Source of the DNA: Lingula anatina
Taxonomy: Eukaryota; Animalia; Brachiopoda
NCBI GenBank assembly: GCA_051362555.1
Contig: CM120640.1
Coordinates: 36,599,967 to 36,663,966, forward strand
Length of the DNA stretch: 64,000 bases
Direction of reading: 5' to 3'
Part shown: in pieces, positions 62,701-64,000 of the stretch
How the letters are laid out: every line of letters begins with the position of its first letter
Numbering within the stretch: position 1 is the first letter of the stretch
Notes under the pieces: generated by a model
The model's database searches: none
The model's input: the letters and a program-made list of their open reading frames with translations, nothing else
What the model was told of the DNA's origin: nothing
Position numbers and translations under genes: made by a program

Positions 62701-63561
62701 TGTGTTAGACAAAGTCTTGCTTCATATTTACTATTGGTTATTAAGTAATTTTTTTTTTTCAAAAGTCAAATTTAAAATGTTCTGTTTAAATGAGACTGAT
62801 GTAATTTCCTAATTCACTAACTTTCCGTCATCCACTAATTGTACATTATCCAGAAATATTGAAGATATGGATGTTTTGGGTCAAACGCAATCCTGTGAAT
62901 TGGATAACAGTGAGAGCCTCAAACCTCGAGTTAAACATTAACTGTACAATCAAACTAATTTGAGATAGAAGTTTTGAAAGACCTTTGAAATGGGTGCATT
63001 CACATGCACACACATGTATATTTGATTAAAACAATTTATTTGTAATGTACTTTTGCTCTATTTGTTTCAGAGTGGCCAACTTATTGGGCTACCAGCCTGT
63101 TGACCTGTTGGGCAAGTCTGCCTATGATTTCTACCATCCTGAAGACAAGGGCCACATGAAGGACAGTTTTGAACAGGGTACACCATGCTTTTACTTAACA
63201 GAGACTTTAATCACATCAAGTCATATAAGACAAGTTATCCATATGGAATTGTGTAGATATTTGTTCCCTGATGAATGATCTGTATATTATTATTATTATT
63301 ATCTTAGATATTACCATTTTACCTTAAGAAAAAACCATATCCAGAATTACCTTTATATAGTGAATGTTGAATAATGTTTTCATATTGACATTTTTATTAT
63401 ATTTTTCCAGTGCTAAAACTGAAAGGACAGGTGATGTCCATCATGTATCGCTTCCGGGCCAAAAATGGAGAGTGGGTGTGGCTGAGAACCAGCAGCTTCA
63501 GCTTCCAGAACCCATACACAGATGAAGTAGAGTACATTGTGTGCACCAACAGTTTAGCCAA
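53749..63561 (+). CDS. ARNT: Aryl hydrocarbon receptor nuclear translocator (HIF-1beta/tango), bHLH-PAS; 3' end lies beyond the window
   Basis: Exons: 53749-53791, 56446-56482, 56913-56981, [58471-58628 | 59130-59287], 60802-60881, 61045-61137, 61490-61637, 62002-62196, 62510-62693, 63071-63177, 63411-63561. Sequence includes [81 protein letters not shown] and [16 protein letters not shown]. Confidence 0.95.
58471..58628 (+). CDS. ARNT: ARNT alternative bHLH exon 4a
   Basis: 158 nt, ccag|G GAG...CGA G|gtaat; [52 protein letters not shown]. Confidence 0.92.
59130..59287 (+). CDS. ARNT: ARNT alternative bHLH exon 4b
   Basis: 158 nt, gtag|G GAA...CGA G|gtaat; [52 protein letters not shown]. 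Confidence 0.92.
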
Positions 63562-63669
63562 GTAAGAACAGAAAATATCCCAGTGGGAGTTTAGTTGGTA
63601 AATGAATCTCTGTAAGAAGAGTACAGTAGATAATTCTTCTGATGATTATTTTGTAAATGTGAGGATTTT

Positions 63670-64000
63670 TGTTCACCAATTGTTGAACACAGCAGGACAC
63701 AGAACATTCAGCTTTTGGAGATGGTTAATGCATAACATTAAAACAGGTTACAATGTACTTTAAGGAGAAAGTTTATGCCCCAAATGTTGTACCAAGCAAA
63801 GAAAAAAAAACTTTTAGCTGTTTAAGATTGTAAATGTCTATCTTTAAACCGGTTACAATGAACTTTAGGGAGAAAGTATGTGCCCCAATTGTTGAACCAA
63901 GCAAGAATGGTGAACTTTTAGCTTTTTAACATGGTTAATGTACATCTTTAAATGGTCTTAGAATACAGTGTACTTTATAGGAGAAATTATGTGCCCCAAC
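63670..64000. repeat. Diverged about 105-110-bp minisatellite in an ARNT intron
   Basis: TACA.TG.ACTTTA..GAGAAA...TGCCCCAA recurs, with GCCCCAA at 63777, 63882 and 63993. Confidence 0.85.

Noticed and set aside
63670-64000. Regularly spaced repeats as a CRISPR-like array
   Set aside because: This is a eukaryotic intron, and the whole units are homologous with no unique spacers, so it is a minisatellite.
1-64000. Remaining short ORFs in the ORF track
   Set aside because: They are low-complexity, antisense or off-frame to real exons, or intronic AT-rich noise. No rRNA or tRNA genes were recognised.

Overview
This is AT-rich, intron-rich invertebrate (probably lophotrochozoan/molluscan) nuclear DNA. 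Most entries in the ORF track are spurious or partial exons. I rebuilt five spliced genes by hand, checking that intron phases agree: SMYD4 (minus, 17 exons), a GH20 beta-hexosaminidase (HEXA/HEXB-like, plus), USP3 (plus), Homer (minus) and ARNT (plus, runs off the window end). A possible first exon of an unidentified sixth gene lies near 2.6-2.7 kb. Two gene pairs are head-to-head about 300 bp apart (SMYD4/HEX and Homer/ARNT). The most striking signal is isoform diversification inside apparently single genes. (i) HEX has three intact tandem copies of an active-site exon that must be mutually exclusive. They differ at the residues that separate vertebrate HexA from HexB specificity (WYL-NY, WYL-DY, WYL-ND). 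(ii) ARNT has two intact, frame-incompatible copies of its whole bHLH exon. (iii) Homer has three phase-compatible candidate first exons. Also present are a young non-autonomous AcademH-like transposon (77-bp TIRs, 9-bp TSD, RecQ-helicase fragment), several MITE families, a Helentron-like element end and tandem duplications. No expression data were available, so all splicing claims are predictions.
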